Assembly (NCBI GenBank): GCA_053919585.1 | Contig: JBSSHM010000070.1 | Reading direction: 5' to 3' (one strand) | DNA: 64,000 nt | Origin: Euprymna scolopes | Taxonomy: Eukaryota | Shown: positions 1 to 14,674 of the stretch, in pieces | Numbering within the stretch: the first letter of the stretch is position 1 | Layout: the number at the start of each line of letters is the position of its first letter | The notes under the pieces: generated by a model | Databases searched by the model: none | What the model saw: only the letters and a program-made list of their open reading frames with translations | Told to the model about the DNA's origin: nothing | Position numbers and translations under genes: made by a program

Positions 1-288
1 ATGAACTTCATGCTGAATTCAATATAAATTTTTACGTAGTGTCAATTTTTACGGAAAAAACCTACAACTTAGGAAAGTGTAACAAGCGGATGGGGCCATG
101 AAACATAACTTGACGTGTGGAATTTGATAGAAAAAGTGAATTTATATAGTAACTGTATTCATGTCTGTTTCTACTTTAGATGTATCATTTGGTGGCACGG
201 TACATGTACACATGTATATATGTATATGTCTATATTTGTGTGAGTTTGTATGTATAAGTGTATTTTATGTGTGCATGTATGTTTGTAT

Positions 289-336
<48 letters not shown>

Positions 337-1488
337 ATCTATATATTTGTGTGTATGCTTGTATGTGGATGTATCTCTGTGTCTATTGTATGTAGATGTA
401 TGTATATACATGTATATTTCTGAACTAATAGAATAGGCTGCCTCGTATAGAATTGTTGTAACAATATAGATTACAAAAAGGTATGGNNNNNNNNNNNNNN
501 NNNNNNNNNNNNNNNNNNNNNNNNNNNNNNNNNNNNNNNNNNNNNNNNNNNNNNNNNNNNNNNNNNNNNNNNNNNNNNNNNNNNNNNNNNNNNNNNNNNN
601 NNNNNNNNNNNNNNNNNNNNNNNNNNNNNNNNNNNNNNNNNNNNNNNNNNNNNNNNNAGCATAATATTGCATATACGAAGAGGTTACCACGCTACGTAAG
701 TAAAGAAAAATACTATTATTTGTCTCTGTATGTCTGTAATGTGTGTGCGTATATATGCGCGGGTGTAGATAAATGTAGACATTTATAAGTGTATTGATAC
801 ACGCATATAGGTACATGTAGGGTTTAGATAACTTTCGGGTTTTATATTTATTCATATTTTGTTGGTTTATTTGTTTTAATTTAATTTTATTTTTATTCTT
901 ATTTATTTATTTTTATTTTTTTTTGTTTTGTTTATTTACCTTAATCTAATTTTTACTTTATTTCTACGTAGTTTCAGAATTATTGTCTAGTTTCAGTAAA
1001 TAAAACAAAGAGCGTTCAGCATGGATTCGCTTTTGAATATATGTATTAATGTGTGTATGTGTGTGTTGGCGGTGTCTGTCTATGTGTGTAATATAAGTAT
1101 AATGCATGTATGTGTGAGTGGAGGTAGATTAAAAGGCACCGGTCAGTACTTGGTTGACCATAGCTAAGGTTATTAACTTACAGACTCTAAGACAAGAAAA
1201 CTAAACTCTCATGTACCCTATGCCATAAAAACAAAAGTTAGGTTGGATGGGGGAAGGGGAAAAGAAAAAAGATGTTTATTATCTTCAAAGACCTCACTCA
1301 TCCTTTTACCGTTTTTTTTTTACTCCCACCCAGGTTGTATTTTAAATTGATAAACGAATAAGAAAAATGCATTTGGTGGAAATATCACTTTTGACGGTAA
1401 TTCTTGGCCTAAAGACGTAATCCCCCAACGTGGGTGATTACAGAAACATGTATGCACATATGTAGCCATTAATGTTTGTATAAATAAA

Positions 1489-1555
<67 letters not shown>

Positions 1556-2355
1556 CAGGGAAATTCAAATGGTTCACGTATATGTTTAATCTTTTATGAA
1601 GGACTCTTCAATGCAAGCTGAACATGTTAATTGTGTTTCTTTTGTGTAACTAGAAGGATTTCGATGCCACTGTCGTTCAGTCATATGAATAAACCCTCTA
1701 TAATGATTGAGGATTACAAAAATGTCAGTGCATTTAAAAGGAAATAATGAGAATACACAATCCCTAATCCATTTGTCGACATATAACAGTATCTTTAATT
1801 CCAAGCACCTCTCTTTTGTTATGCTCTTCCAACAAATACATTAAGAAAACCAACGTATTTGAAGTAAACGTAGATTTTTACACCCTATTACTTACGAAAG
1901 AACTTACATAGATAGACCGCTTTTATATTGTTTTTTTTTATATTAGATTGAGTTCGCTTAATTGTCTTTTCCGAACATGAGAAGATGTGTTCAGCTGAAT
2001 TAAACGTGCTATTATAAAGATTTTAAGAATATACAGACCGAAAACACAGCCTGTGTCATATGTTAAGTGAATTTTATATTATATTAAATTGACGGTTTCT
2101 AGGAACCATTAAAAAGTGCTATTCTTGTATATATGCTTCGTATAATACATTTTATATAGTATGTATTCTATAGAGATCGTCTCCATGCGTATCTCTATTT
2201 TATATTATATTTCAAAGAGAGTAAAAATAATTGTGTACGTGCATAGGTTGTTGAAAAATTCAAGATAAACCCATATTTTTCCAACCGCAAAAACTACAAG
2301 AACATACGTAGTAATTATTACATATGCCCAAAATATCTATTTGACATACTAATAT

Positions 2356-2419
<64 letters not shown>

Positions 2420-2876
2420 GATGTGATATGATCGTGCACATGTAGTATATAATAAAGACAAATTTACTGCCACACTTTAGATTGATTTTGTAATACCCAC
2501 GAACACATCACGCTAGGACCACCCGTGTATATCTTTCTTAATCTAAAGTTACCTAAAATTTAGGACCTATGAGCTATGATAACAATATTCTTACATAATG
2601 AACACTTATGTGCGGGCAACTCCATACAGACTCAGAAATATAAAACCAGCAACCTCTACGGGAGCGTATTAATCATTCATCTACCAAATCTCGCCTTATT
2701 ACTTATGCCTGTTTGTATATACTACTTTTATTTTATTTAATAACTATATATGTGTATATCAATATATATCTGTGTGTTATGTGCGTATAAATGTATGTGT
2801 TTATATATATGTATATATATGTTTATATGCATTAATATATACATACATATAAACACATGCATATATATGTGTTTAT

Positions 2877-2884
<8 letters not shown>

Positions 2885-2939
<55 letters not shown>

Positions 2940-3019
2940 TCATGATATCTGTATTTATGCAATTATTAAATCCACGTCTATGTATTATATGATTTACCCT
3001 GTTCGGGTCGGGCCGAATG

Positions 3020-3101
<82 letters not shown>
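2885..3101. repeat. (TA)n microsatellites, representative of many such tracts across the window
   Basis: Long perfect TATATA tracts. They explain the IYIYIY ORFs in the track. Confidence 0.95.
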
Positions 3102-3104
<3 letters not shown>

Positions 3105-3218
3105 ACAATGCTTGTGTAGATGGGATAACTTATAGAATATTGCTGCCAGTAATATTTTGTAAACCTACAATCCTACGTTTACATAACCACTGATTGTCAA
3201 ATAAAAAACTATTCCGAA

Positions 3219-3310
<92 letters not shown>

Positions 3311-4743
3311 TAAAATTACAATTAAATTTACCAAAATGATCTAAGCTTGTAAAATTAAAGTATATTATAAATTTGACAGGATTAATATTTATGAAATCAT
3401 CTCAGTCAGATTTGAAAGCTCGTAAAACCAAATAGGAGATAGCGCTTATAATACGAGCAAACAGTAATTAAAACATGTTAAAAACCCTTTGAAATGAGTT
3501 AAGAACGTATTTAATCTGTAAATGAAACACGAGATAAGTTCATAGTCCTTAATCCGGGGAGTTTCGAAGTAATTCTTTCCTCCTCATTAGAGGGCAAGAA
3601 TTAGCAAAATGCGTGATCGGATTTTGCATGCAAAAGTATTTGATGAAACACCGAGTAAGTCAAAGATCTTACTTGAAAAAAAAAAAGGGAAGCAGAGGGA
3701 ATATGGTGAAGAAAACGGTGATTACATATGAATGTGTATTCTGATGGAAGATAAATAATCCAGTGACGGTAAAATCGAACTATATAACTTCAAGAAAGTT
3801 TATTGAATTTCGATTTACAGAAGAAAACTCCAAAAATCCCGTAATTGGAAGAAGATGATCAGTAATAATCTAAAGGTAATAATGGAAAAATACACAAAAA
3901 TGTGCACAATGAAAAATTAAAAGCATTCCAGTAATATTAATAAATGAAAAATAAGATATGCTTTTCATTCTGCTGCCGGGATATAAATATAAATAAGAAA
4001 GATCAATGAAGAAAAAGAGGAGAAAAATGGTGATAGAGATAAATATAAATAGAGAAAGAAAAGAAAAAATGATCCAAACAAGTAATGTTAAAGGCGCGAA
4101 AAAGTATATAGGGCAGGAAATTGAAGTGCATCATCTGAAGAACAGCTACTACACTTCGATCTTGACCGGAAGGCCGTGAAAAGTAGGCAACAATGTTCTT
4201 TCTCTCCTTATCTTTCTTTTCTTTTTCAATTCTTTCACCTCTATGCTTGGTGAGGAAAGAAATTATTTCACGGAAACAACTTGACTGTCACTGAGCGAGC
4301 TGAGGGGGGTGAAATATGAGAGATTGGATATGTAACGATACTTAGCTTTTTTGTGGGAATTTATCCCTTGACGCGCGCATTTCGATGACCTAATAATGTC
4401 CTCAGTTTTTTTATCACTTTTCTTTCTTCGTCATCTTCGATATGCGGTTTGTCCTGAAAAAGTTATCGGGTAGAATGGCTCTCGTTAAATTATGTTGACC
4501 AAGGTGATGCCACGTTGGGGTAAATGCCCCTGTTTGGTCTCAGGGCCGTCCGCCAAGTTGAGTTGAGCAGCGCAATTGTTGGTTACAATGCGTCGTAAAC
4601 GCGAGTGCATATTCCTGCTTTTTGGGGAGCAGAAAATATTGTCGTCGTTTCCCAACGGCTGTCAACACGAAACTAAACTTTTTCGCGCGTTTTCTTTCCA
4701 TGCTTGACGTTACGATCACCTGATGTCGGTTTTCATGGTTACC

Positions 4744-4782
4744 TTTTTTTTTACACAGTGATCACCCTTATCAAGGCCCGGA
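4744..4782 (-). mobile_element. Severely 5'-truncated 3' tail of the CR1-group LINE at 51.7-54.4 kb
   Basis: The reverse complement reads ttccgggccttgataagggtgatcactgtgtaaaaaaaa, nearly identical to the tail at ~54381-54420. Confidence 0.75.
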
Positions 4783-5119
4783 ACAGTTTCGTAAGTATGG
4801 GATCAAGTTATGGTTGAAGCTTTTTTAAACACTATAATTGGGATGCAATCATGGCCAGTTGCTTTACTGGAATCTAGGTTCTTTATTAGCTTAGCGAACT
4901 CATGCACGTATATACATTTTTTTTGCGTGGGTGTTTGACAGCCGCTTATAGTTGATCAGTTATTGAAAGACGCTTGTGTTGTTCGATTGTTTGCTGTTCA
5001 ACTTAGGAAGGGGAGGTCTGCTGCTTGACTTGGAAGGAGGGAAGGGGGAAGGAGAGGTATGTCTTGCTAATATCGATATATCCATTATGATACAAGGAGA
5101 GTTATATATGTTTCTCCTT

Positions 5120-5171
<52 letters not shown>

Positions 5172-5499
5172 TAGATATATGTGTGTATGTGTGTGAGTGT
5201 AATGCTCGCTCTCTTAAGTTGCGAAGTTGGGAAGTTTATATAAATTAACATTAGCATATGAAGCAATGCCGTTTCTGTAAACAAATTGTCCTGAGGTATT
5301 TGGACAATATCAAATTATTCTTAATTAACTGCCCTCATATTAGCAGCAATATAGCGCAACAGTATGACGCTCGAATTTTCGGGTAGGCGAACGAGCGAGG
5401 TTCGATCCTGACTTTGGGGAGTTGCTTGTCTAGCCGCACTGATTAGCTGTGAAACATGGAAAAAAGGGCACAGTATTTGTGCAGATTACTCTCTGTATA

Positions 5500-5573
<74 letters not shown>

Positions 5574-5775
5574 TACTCTAAGACAATCTGTATAGAAAAA
5601 TGCTCATATCTTTTGTTATATAAAACTGAGCTACATGACATTTTTAGGCTCTTTGTAATCCACAACAATAATATAACTTTTCTTGCGATTTGCTAAACAA
5701 AACAAAACATTAATCTTAAACCAATAAACTATGCCAACATTTGCCTATACTTGTGTGTATATATATATATATATA

Positions 5776-5843
<68 letters not shown>

Positions 5844-6107
5844 CGCGCTTGCTTTAGTTTTGCTGCTTTTGNNNNNNNNNNNNNNNNNNNNNNNNNNNNN
5901 NNNNNNNNNNNNNNNNNNNNNNNNNNNNNNNNNNNNNNNNNNNNNNNNNNNNNNNNNNNNNNNNNNNNNNNNNNNNNNNNNNNNNNNNNNNNNNNNNNNN
6001 NNNNNNNNNNNNNNNNNNNNNNNNNNNNNNNNNNNNNNNNNNNNNNNNNNNNNNNNNNNNNNNNNNTATGTTAATATATATGAACGGTATTTATGTATAT
6101 ATATAAT

Positions 6108-6167
<60 letters not shown>

Positions 6168-6834
6168 AGTAAACAATACAAATTCATACACAAAAATTCA
6201 AACTCATATTTAATTCAATGCGCATGACGATAATATCTCTATTGAAACCGCACGTTATTAATGCTGAGACAGACACTCAATCCTTCTATGCCATATTTAC
6301 TTCGAAAATTTACTAAGAAATACCAAATTTATTTCTATATAGATGACATTTTAGATTCTGTAACTATTTTTTATTTGATTTTCCATGAACTGCATCATTT
6401 ACCGGATTCAATCAAATCATGCCTTATGTCAAGGCATGATATTTCATATATTATTGCCGAGTATTATTAAATTAAATGCTTATTGTTTTCTGTTTTCTTT
6501 GTAAATAAACAGAGAGCATTATAAGTCGTATTAATAGCATGGCAATATTTCTTGTGCTGTATTTTTTTTCTGTATCGTTTTACTATCAGATGAATGTGTA
6601 CATACAAATATGTTTTAAGTATGTTTATATATAAGGACACAATACTAAACTTTTAGTTAGAAGTTTATTGTTATTCTCTCAAAAATATTTGTTTCTTACT
6701 GATTCACTTTAGTCTTTTCGAAGTGTTTTTTAAAATTATCATTATCGGTTAATATAATGTCTTGTTAATAATTTTTTACCAGAGGTTTATTATAGTGTAT
6801 TCTATAAATATATTTTTCACTTCTTGTATGTTAA

Positions 6835-6885
<51 letters not shown>

Positions 6886-8868
6886 AGTTATAAAATATAT
6901 ATATAGCGATTTAGTTACACCGAATATTCTGCGTTTAATCAACTCTAGTACTCTTCAGGCTTATGCGCGAATTCTGTGGCTGTTTATCGTTGTTATATGC
7001 ACGTCGTCTATTGATATTTCAATTTCCTTAATAACATATCCTTCAAAAACTAATACACAGACGTGCACCAAAATAGCCGATTCATTTATCGGCAATGGGG
7101 CATGTAACGAAGACATTTGTTTACAATATCTTCATATACAATTGACTTATTTTATTTTGTTCACAATATTTTTGTAACAGTTTAGAACATACTCCTTGCG
7201 CTGAATCTAAAGATAAGTTAAGACGTAGTTATAAGGCTTCCAAAAACAAGCATATACACTAAATGTCGGAATAACCCATGACACCAATTCATAAAATAAA
7301 TATTAAGTCTAATCGATTAACACGAATTTCGATTTACCATTATGTCTAATTGAGTTCTCATGATTTCTAATTTCTTGCTGAAGTTTTCAATGTTTTGTCC
7401 AACGGAGTTTATTTCTCTACTTGTCAGCTCATCAATGAAACTAAATGTGTAGTTTTTTAGATGAATACAGGCATTTTTAATATATGTAAATTAGTTCACT
7501 CTGCTAATTAATTTTAAATTCATATTAATGCCTCTAAAGCTAATATATGCCTCAACGTCAGTATATTTTTTAATACTTTAGTTTATTGGTTTGTTATATT
7601 TAGTTTATATATTTCGGCTAAAAAAGTGTATAAAATATTGAGGGGTTATCTTTTTTAAAAAATATGTCAGTTTAGTTTTGTATTGTGTACACTTTTTTGT
7701 GCTATTATTGTTTGAACTGTAGATAATATGTGACGATTTTTTCTGAAATCCATTAACTGGATACGCTGTTAAGATTCATGGAATTTCAATGGAATAAATT
7801 CTTACGGCATGCATCATTTCACTTATATAAAAAAGAATTGCTCTAAAGTTTCATTATTCTGACAACATATTCTATTCAAATTTTAAGAACTATGAAATAG
7901 TTCGATTTATTGGAATGAGAATAATTGTTAGGAGACTGCGAATTAATATTTTTTTCCGATACTTATAAAAGATAATCATAGTTTTCTCAGTTTTCAAGAA
8001 GAGATGGGTTATTTTTGTTGCTGGCTAAAATTTTTTCAGAGGTTAGCCAAAGGAGGTTCACACACAGTTATACATTTCCAACATAAGATAGTAATTATTC
8101 TTTGTATTTTTAAATAAACATTTATATGTAACTATATATTGAAGAGCATGTTCTGGTTAAACAATTTCAAGTGACAAAAGAAATTTGACGACGAAGAATG
8201 TTATATGATATGGTTAATTACTATTGATAGCGGCATACCTATTTGAACTGGTTTCTGGCGATTCATATTGTGGGTGATTACAAATTAAACACGGTGAACA
8301 GGGGGAACATAATGGTTTTATTTTATTTTTCATTGTATCCTGAATTCCTTAAGCCATTATTATTTGATTAACGGTGTTTTGTCGGTAGAAAGAGTAGTTT
8401 GGATTTTATAATTGAGTTAGGGTGGTGAGAAGATTTTTGGACGTATAAAAGCGTACGGTAGGGTTTATTATATAGGCTATACATCTAATAATTTTAATAT
8501 TAAGTGTAATGTCTAGAAAATGTCACGTGTTTTGTTTGGTTCGATAATTCTAGAAAGGCCAGACAAGTTCCAAAATGTATGTAATCTTTTACTTGTTTTA
8601 TTATACTGTATTGGTATGGCTGTTCTAGGGGATAGAGCATCGAGCCTATCAATGCCACTGGGGATATATTTAAAATGGTATTTGAGTTCTTCCAGTAAGA
8701 TTAGTCATATAAACACCGTAACCAAAAGGAGCTATTATGATGTCATAATTATTTGGTTTCATCGAGCTTTTATATCTAATAGAGTTACTTTATAAATATA
8801 AACTCTTTAGTATTTATAATATCCCCTGTGATTTGGAGTATCTTTGTAAACTTAATTGTAGTTTTTAT

Positions 8869-8930
<62 letters not shown>

Positions 8931-11900
8931 CAGCCTGACCCAAAAAACGGGCCCCGACTCTAATTAGCCCCATTTTTTAGTGTTTAGTCCCAATAAAATT
9001 AAACTTTGGTCATAACTAGTTCATTATATTCAAAACATCACACCAAAACACTAGGTATTTTGCCATTTGTCTCATTTGCCTGTACAATGTTCAGAAAAAT
9101 CATTGAATGGCCACTGTTTTTNNNNNNNNNNNNNNNNNNNNNNNNNNNNNNNNNNNNNNNNNNNNNNNNNNNNNNNNNNNNNNNNNNNNNNNNNNNNNNN
9201 NNNNNNNNNNNNNNNNNNNNNNNNNNNNNNNNNNNNNNNNNNNNNNNNNNNNNNNNNNNNNNNNNNAGAATTTTTTTTCCTGAAATTTCTACGTTGGAAT
9301 TATCAGCTATTATTTAGAAAATACATGCGGAATGGGGAGTGTTTTTCTTATTCTTTGCAAAGTACAGGATAATTAGAAAACACCACCCATTCTTACACGT
9401 TAAAATATATAACGTAAAACTAGAATTTAATTTAATAATGTGTCTTGAAGATTTAATCCTCCACATACACACAAAGGAAAAGACTACTTGGACAACACAT
9501 GGAAAAGCCAGGACGGCTTTTTACTTTGTGTTTTATATTGAGGATAAATGCCCTAAATATTGACCGTCATCAAAATTTACTTAAGCTACTTTTAAGGAAA
9601 ATGCTTGCAGTATATCGAGAAAAGCATCGGTAAAAAGTAGTTACCAACAATGATGTAGATTACGCTAAATGTTACAATACTGTAAGAACTGTAACTGATA
9701 AAACCTCCATTTTCAACTAATATGGTTTTTCTTATACCCTTTGTTTCGTATTCTTTGGAAGTTATACTGATTTAGGCATGAAAAATAGGGGTGCACTAAT
9801 GTGTTCCCCTTAAATGTATTTTTTTTGTTAGAATCTGCTAGTACCATCAGATTATCCCCTTCAACCAGCACTAATATTCAGTAACAAACAGTGTTGATAC
9901 TCATAGAACTTTCTTTCCACAAGCTGGCACATGGAAACAAAGCTTTACATGGGAAGCAACATTATGTGATCAGGGCCCCCTAGTGTCTGCAAATTTAAAG
10001 GGACTGATGTTGCTACCATAACAATAGTATATATTATCCGTGGTTTTTGTGTCTTTTCATTTCATGGATGCAATGTTTCCGCATATATTTCGCAAAATAT
10101 ACTAAAATATAAAGCTTGATATACGTACCACGTATATTTGTCAATACCATTTTTTCCGAAATTGTATACTCGGTGTTCGTATAACTTATTGGCAACTGCT
10201 AAAAATCTAGTGTTTGCTTAGCGTTCTAAGAGGATCTACTCATTGAGTCGGACGCATTTGATAAGTTTACGTATTATCAGAAACGTTTATGGGAATATTT
10301 GATTTAGCTACAAATATTCCTGCATAATTATTTGCATTTCGTAAAAAAAGGTTTTAGATTAGAGTGTTTATGATAAGTATAGAAGGCATTTTCTGGCATA
10401 AATGATGGCCTCTTAGTAAAATGTCGACGTAAGGCGTTAAAGAAATCTAGATTATTCATGAATGTAAAACAGAATTACGCATTCTTCCTGGGTCCAGTGA
10501 AATCGAAAATTTTGTGACGTTTATATGCATATATTGAATTAAAGAAACCATTAACTCTGCATGTTATTGTATGAGACACCATTGCAAGGTAAGCATATAT
10601 AATATATATTTGCCATAGTGTGGTTCTGTGACAAATTATAACTTACTTTATTACTGTAATGATGTTATTGCAGACACTTTCGCATCTTAGTGGGGGCACA
10701 ATATACAATTGAATCAAATTACATGCATATTACAACTAGCAATAATGTTACAGCTAGCATTGATAGTGGACATTCGATTCATTTATTTTCCATGAATCCC
10801 GTACAAGAAAAAATAAGACGATACTTGACCATGAGTCTGGCGTCAGTAAAACACATAAGTTGCGAAACAAGTAAAATATTATAGGCAATGACGTTTTGTA
10901 AATTACGATCTGATATAAATATAAAAAATATGAATGTAAATAAGAAAAAATGATATGCTATCCAAAAAAGTCTATAAATGAACTAGGTAGAAGGATTGCG
11001 TTTTGTTTCATTAACGCATCCTCACGGAAACAACTTTCGTTCTCTCGCTGGCCATGACATACTTTCTATTGCTTTGTATCAAATCACGTGTTCTAATAGG
11101 CTCTAATTATAGTATATAAATCTTTAACAAAAAGCTTATAAAGTAGTATTTGTACGCGATAGTCTGTCTCAGAATAAAATGTGATGGTTACCAAATTAAT
11201 TAACTTGCCTTTCATAGTTACACAGACACATCTACGTTCATAGTATAGAGCTTTTCACAATCGCATTCGCTACCGCGTTTCAGGAACGCCTCCTTAATAA
11301 AAAAGCGAAAGTTTCCAATTAAGATTTCTTTCTAACCCGCAGTCTCTTATAATTTTGTACAGAAACCAAACCCCACTAGGGAATTCTAATCATTCTGTGA
11401 TACGTGTTCAAATGACATTAAACAATTAACTTCAAGTTTAAGTTTCATTTTCAGTCTGCATGTCGGTCCCTCACTTAAGATTTTCTATTTTGGCCACACA
11501 ATAAATTTTCTTAAGATCAATCCCAATTAATATATTTAAATATGCATTTTAATTCCTACTTTACTTTATTAACATCCTTTACTAGATTTTAAATACAATA
11601 AAAATGTTGTTTTATGCTTATACTTACGAGTGCATATGTTTTATGACACTTATGTTCCCTTTTTTATATTTCTTACAATTTTTCCGGTTGCATATTTATT
11701 ATTGTATATGCTACTTTTATGTTATCTTCACGTTTCCCTATCGTATACACTTTTGTATATGTTTAACTTGTTTCTTAAATTTATTTATTATTTTATGATT
11801 TATTATTTTCTCATTCATAATTATTGTCTTTAAGTTTAATATACTTTTTAAAATTTAATTAATTTCATGAATGCTATCAATGTTATTATTATCATCATTG

Positions 11901-12909
11901 TTATTATTATTCTTATTATTATTCTTATTATTGTTAATAGTATTATTGTCAATATTATTTTAATACTTATTATTATTGTTATTGCATTGTTATTAGTATC
12001 ATCGGGGCTGTGATCAGTCTTCTTCTTAATATTATTGTAGCTTTTGGGGTTATTATTGTTCTTCTTCTTCGTCTTCGTCTTCTTCTTCTTATTATTATTA
12101 TTATTATTATTTGTGTTTTTGTNNNNNNNNNNNNNNNNNNNNNNNNNNNNNNNNNNNNNNNNNNNNNNNNNNNNNNNNNNNNNNNNNNNNNNNNNNNNNN
12201 NNNNNNNNNNNNNNNNNNNNNNNNNNNNNNNNNNNNNNNNNNNNNNNNNNNNNNNNNNNNNAATATTACTAGCAGCAATATTATTATTGCTATTTTTTTA
12301 TTGTTAATATTATTTTTATTCATACTACCTTTTATAGTATCGCGTGCATTTTTATGATTATTACATTTTTGCAAATTGTATTCATTTATTTTATAGATAT
12401 TATTATTAATATAATTAGTATTCTATTTTTCGTACTTTTATAAAATGATTTACGTTGTTAATAGAGATGGATAAAAGTAAATCTAAATCGAATTTCCCAT
12501 CTGAGTTGTATTCATATCTATATAATTAAACATGTAGTTTTAAAAATGTATACTGCATTATATATGCATGGAAAGTGTCTCTTTACACTTGTATAATAAT
12601 TTATTTGAGCTTTAATAATTAGTTAACTGTTTCTATGTTGCACGTCTTTTATAATCTTGCATGCCAGATTTCTTATCGGTCTTTTTTTCGGCATTGAATA
12701 TATTAAAAAATCCGTCGCACGGAATTATAATTCAAATCACGACCACCGAGAAAAAAGGTTTGTGTACTAAAAAAAATGACGTCAACCACAATAAGAAAAT
12801 CTGTCAATCTATCAGACTAATGATAATCGACGAGAGCTTTTTTTTTTAAAAACAACATTAGAACATTAAAATAGAAAAAAAATAATTCGATTAATACTGC
12901 ACCTGAACT

Positions 12910-12912
<3 letters not shown>

Positions 12913-12958
<46 letters not shown>

Positions 12959-13820
12959 AAATCGAAAATGTATGTAGGTATGTGTATATGGGTGTATGTT
13001 TGTGTGTCAGCTAAAACTTTCGACAGACAGAAAAAAAACATTCTCAAATTTTGTCTCCTATGAAAGCCCTATCCTCCCCCCGAAAAATATCGAAAAACTG
13101 GCCAAAAACGTTATTTTTTTCACCCTGAATCAAAATTTTTCTGGAGGGGGTCAGCAAAAACCGTCTTCTCATGGCGAGATCAGTTCTACGCATGCGTCAG
13201 ACGACGTCATGACCTGATTTAGTTTAAATATTTGAAGAACTGACATAGTTTCCTATACGTCGTGTTAGCTCAGTTTGTAAGAGCGTTGGAGCATTATATA
13301 AACGTTCTGGGTTCGAATCCTTCTATGATATTTTTTCTTTTAAATTTTAATATTGGGGCAGTGTTATTTAAGCCATTTTCACGTAACGTTCGTTTTTCTT
13401 TTTTTTTTTTTACTTCGCTTATTCTTAGGTTTCCATAAACACTGCCACATCCGACCGACCACACACACACAAAACACCCGGGTACCCGCCTATTTTTTAA
13501 ATTTTTATATCGAAACAGGCTTATTTAAGGAATTTTCACGCGTTTTTGGTTTTGTTTTAGATTTAACATTCGTTTTTGCTTTCTTATTTGTGTTCTTTTT
13601 TCGATTTTAACATTAAACATCGTTCGTATGCATTACGTAAGATTTGTTTGTGTTTTTTTCCATGTTTTGATTACCGCGGGTACACCCCGCTTAAGTTTTA
13701 ACGTTCGTTTTTCTGTTTTCTTTTTTTACTTCGCTTATTCTTAGGTTTTCATTAACACCCCACCCCTCCTGACCACAATCACGTCCAAACACCCGGGAAT
13801 CGCCGGGTAACCCCCGCTAG
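12913..13820 (+). mobile_element. Non-autonomous Helitron
   Basis: It starts A|TC, followed by (TA)n and a GTAT/GTGT-rich tract. It ends with the hairpin ACCCGG-gaatcg-CCGGGT (13791-13808), 8 nt, then CTAG|T (13817-13821). This is the canonical Helitron terminus and A|T target. Confidence 0.8.
13258..13325 (+). pseudogene. tRNA-derived segment (pseudo-tRNA or SINE head) inside the Helitron
   Basis: A-box/D-arm TAGCTCAGTTTGTAAGAGC and B-box/T-arm GGTTCGAATCC at tRNA-like spacing. The acceptor and anticodon stems are degenerate. Confidence 0.6.
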
Positions 13821-14187
13821 TTCAATAGAAAATATAAAGATTATATGTGCGAATATTGTAGTCGTGTAATAACTATTACTTTTAATACATAAATCATATT
13901 AAACATTTTGGTTTTGTGTTCTTTTATACCCACTTTTTGTCCCATGCTTTTATACAAAATGTGTAGAGCATTTAAATCACTAACATGTTTAGAAATCATA
14001 TCCTCCGTTATACTTTTTCATTTTGATATCAGTGCAGAATACGTGAGCACGAAAACGAAATTTACATAATTAAATATATAATCACAAATAAATAACCCCG
14101 CCATATCTTGAAACTTCGTTAAAACTAAAAACGTATAGTAATCATGTATGATATTAAATCAGATTGGTGTTTAGTTTGGGATGGAAG

Positions 14188-14189
<2 letters not shown>

Positions 14190-14241
<52 letters not shown>
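14190..14241. repeat. (ATT)n microsatellite
   Basis: Perfect trinucleotide run. Confidence 0.95.
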
Positions 14242-14242
<1 letters not shown>

Positions 14243-14607
14243 CCCTAACTAGTAGTTGTAACACAAGTCATGATCAGTGGTCGATTACTTGAACTCACCA
14301 GTGTTGTTCCTTTGAGACTGTGACAAACAATTCTCCCCAGATTTCCATTATTCTTCACCTCTTGAATACTCGTGCAAATGATCGCACGTTATCGAAACAG
14401 CCGTACGCAATTGATTTCTGGTTTGCATAGTCCACTAATGTTTCCGTAGGTAAGAATGCCCCTCAATATACCAGATTTCCCTGCATACTGTCAATCGAGA
14501 TTTGTATTATACTCATTCGCCTCGTTCCTTCCATCCTCCTTACGCTTCACAAGTTTGTGTGGTGCCAGTGTATGCCATCTACACAAGTATATTATTATTA
14601 TTATTGC

Positions 14608-14608
<1 letters not shown>

Positions 14609-14673
<65 letters not shown>
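14609..14673. repeat. (AAT)n microsatellite
   Basis: Perfect trinucleotide run. It explains the poly-I and poly-N ORFs. Confidence 0.95.

Positions 14674-14674
<1 letters not shown>

Noticed and set aside
5340-5420. tRNA or SINE head (GGTTCGATCC B-box)
   Set aside because: No convincing A-box or cloverleaf.
161-6168. ORFs rich in IY, YI or X
   Set aside because: They are translations of (TA)n microsatellites and N gaps.
8928-9120. MITE or Tc1-like terminus after (TA)n (CAGCCTGACCCAAAAA)
   Set aside because: No matching inverted terminus was found, and a gap interrupts the region.
13258-13325. Functional tRNA gene
   Set aside because: The acceptor and anticodon stems do not pair properly, and it lies inside a Helitron.
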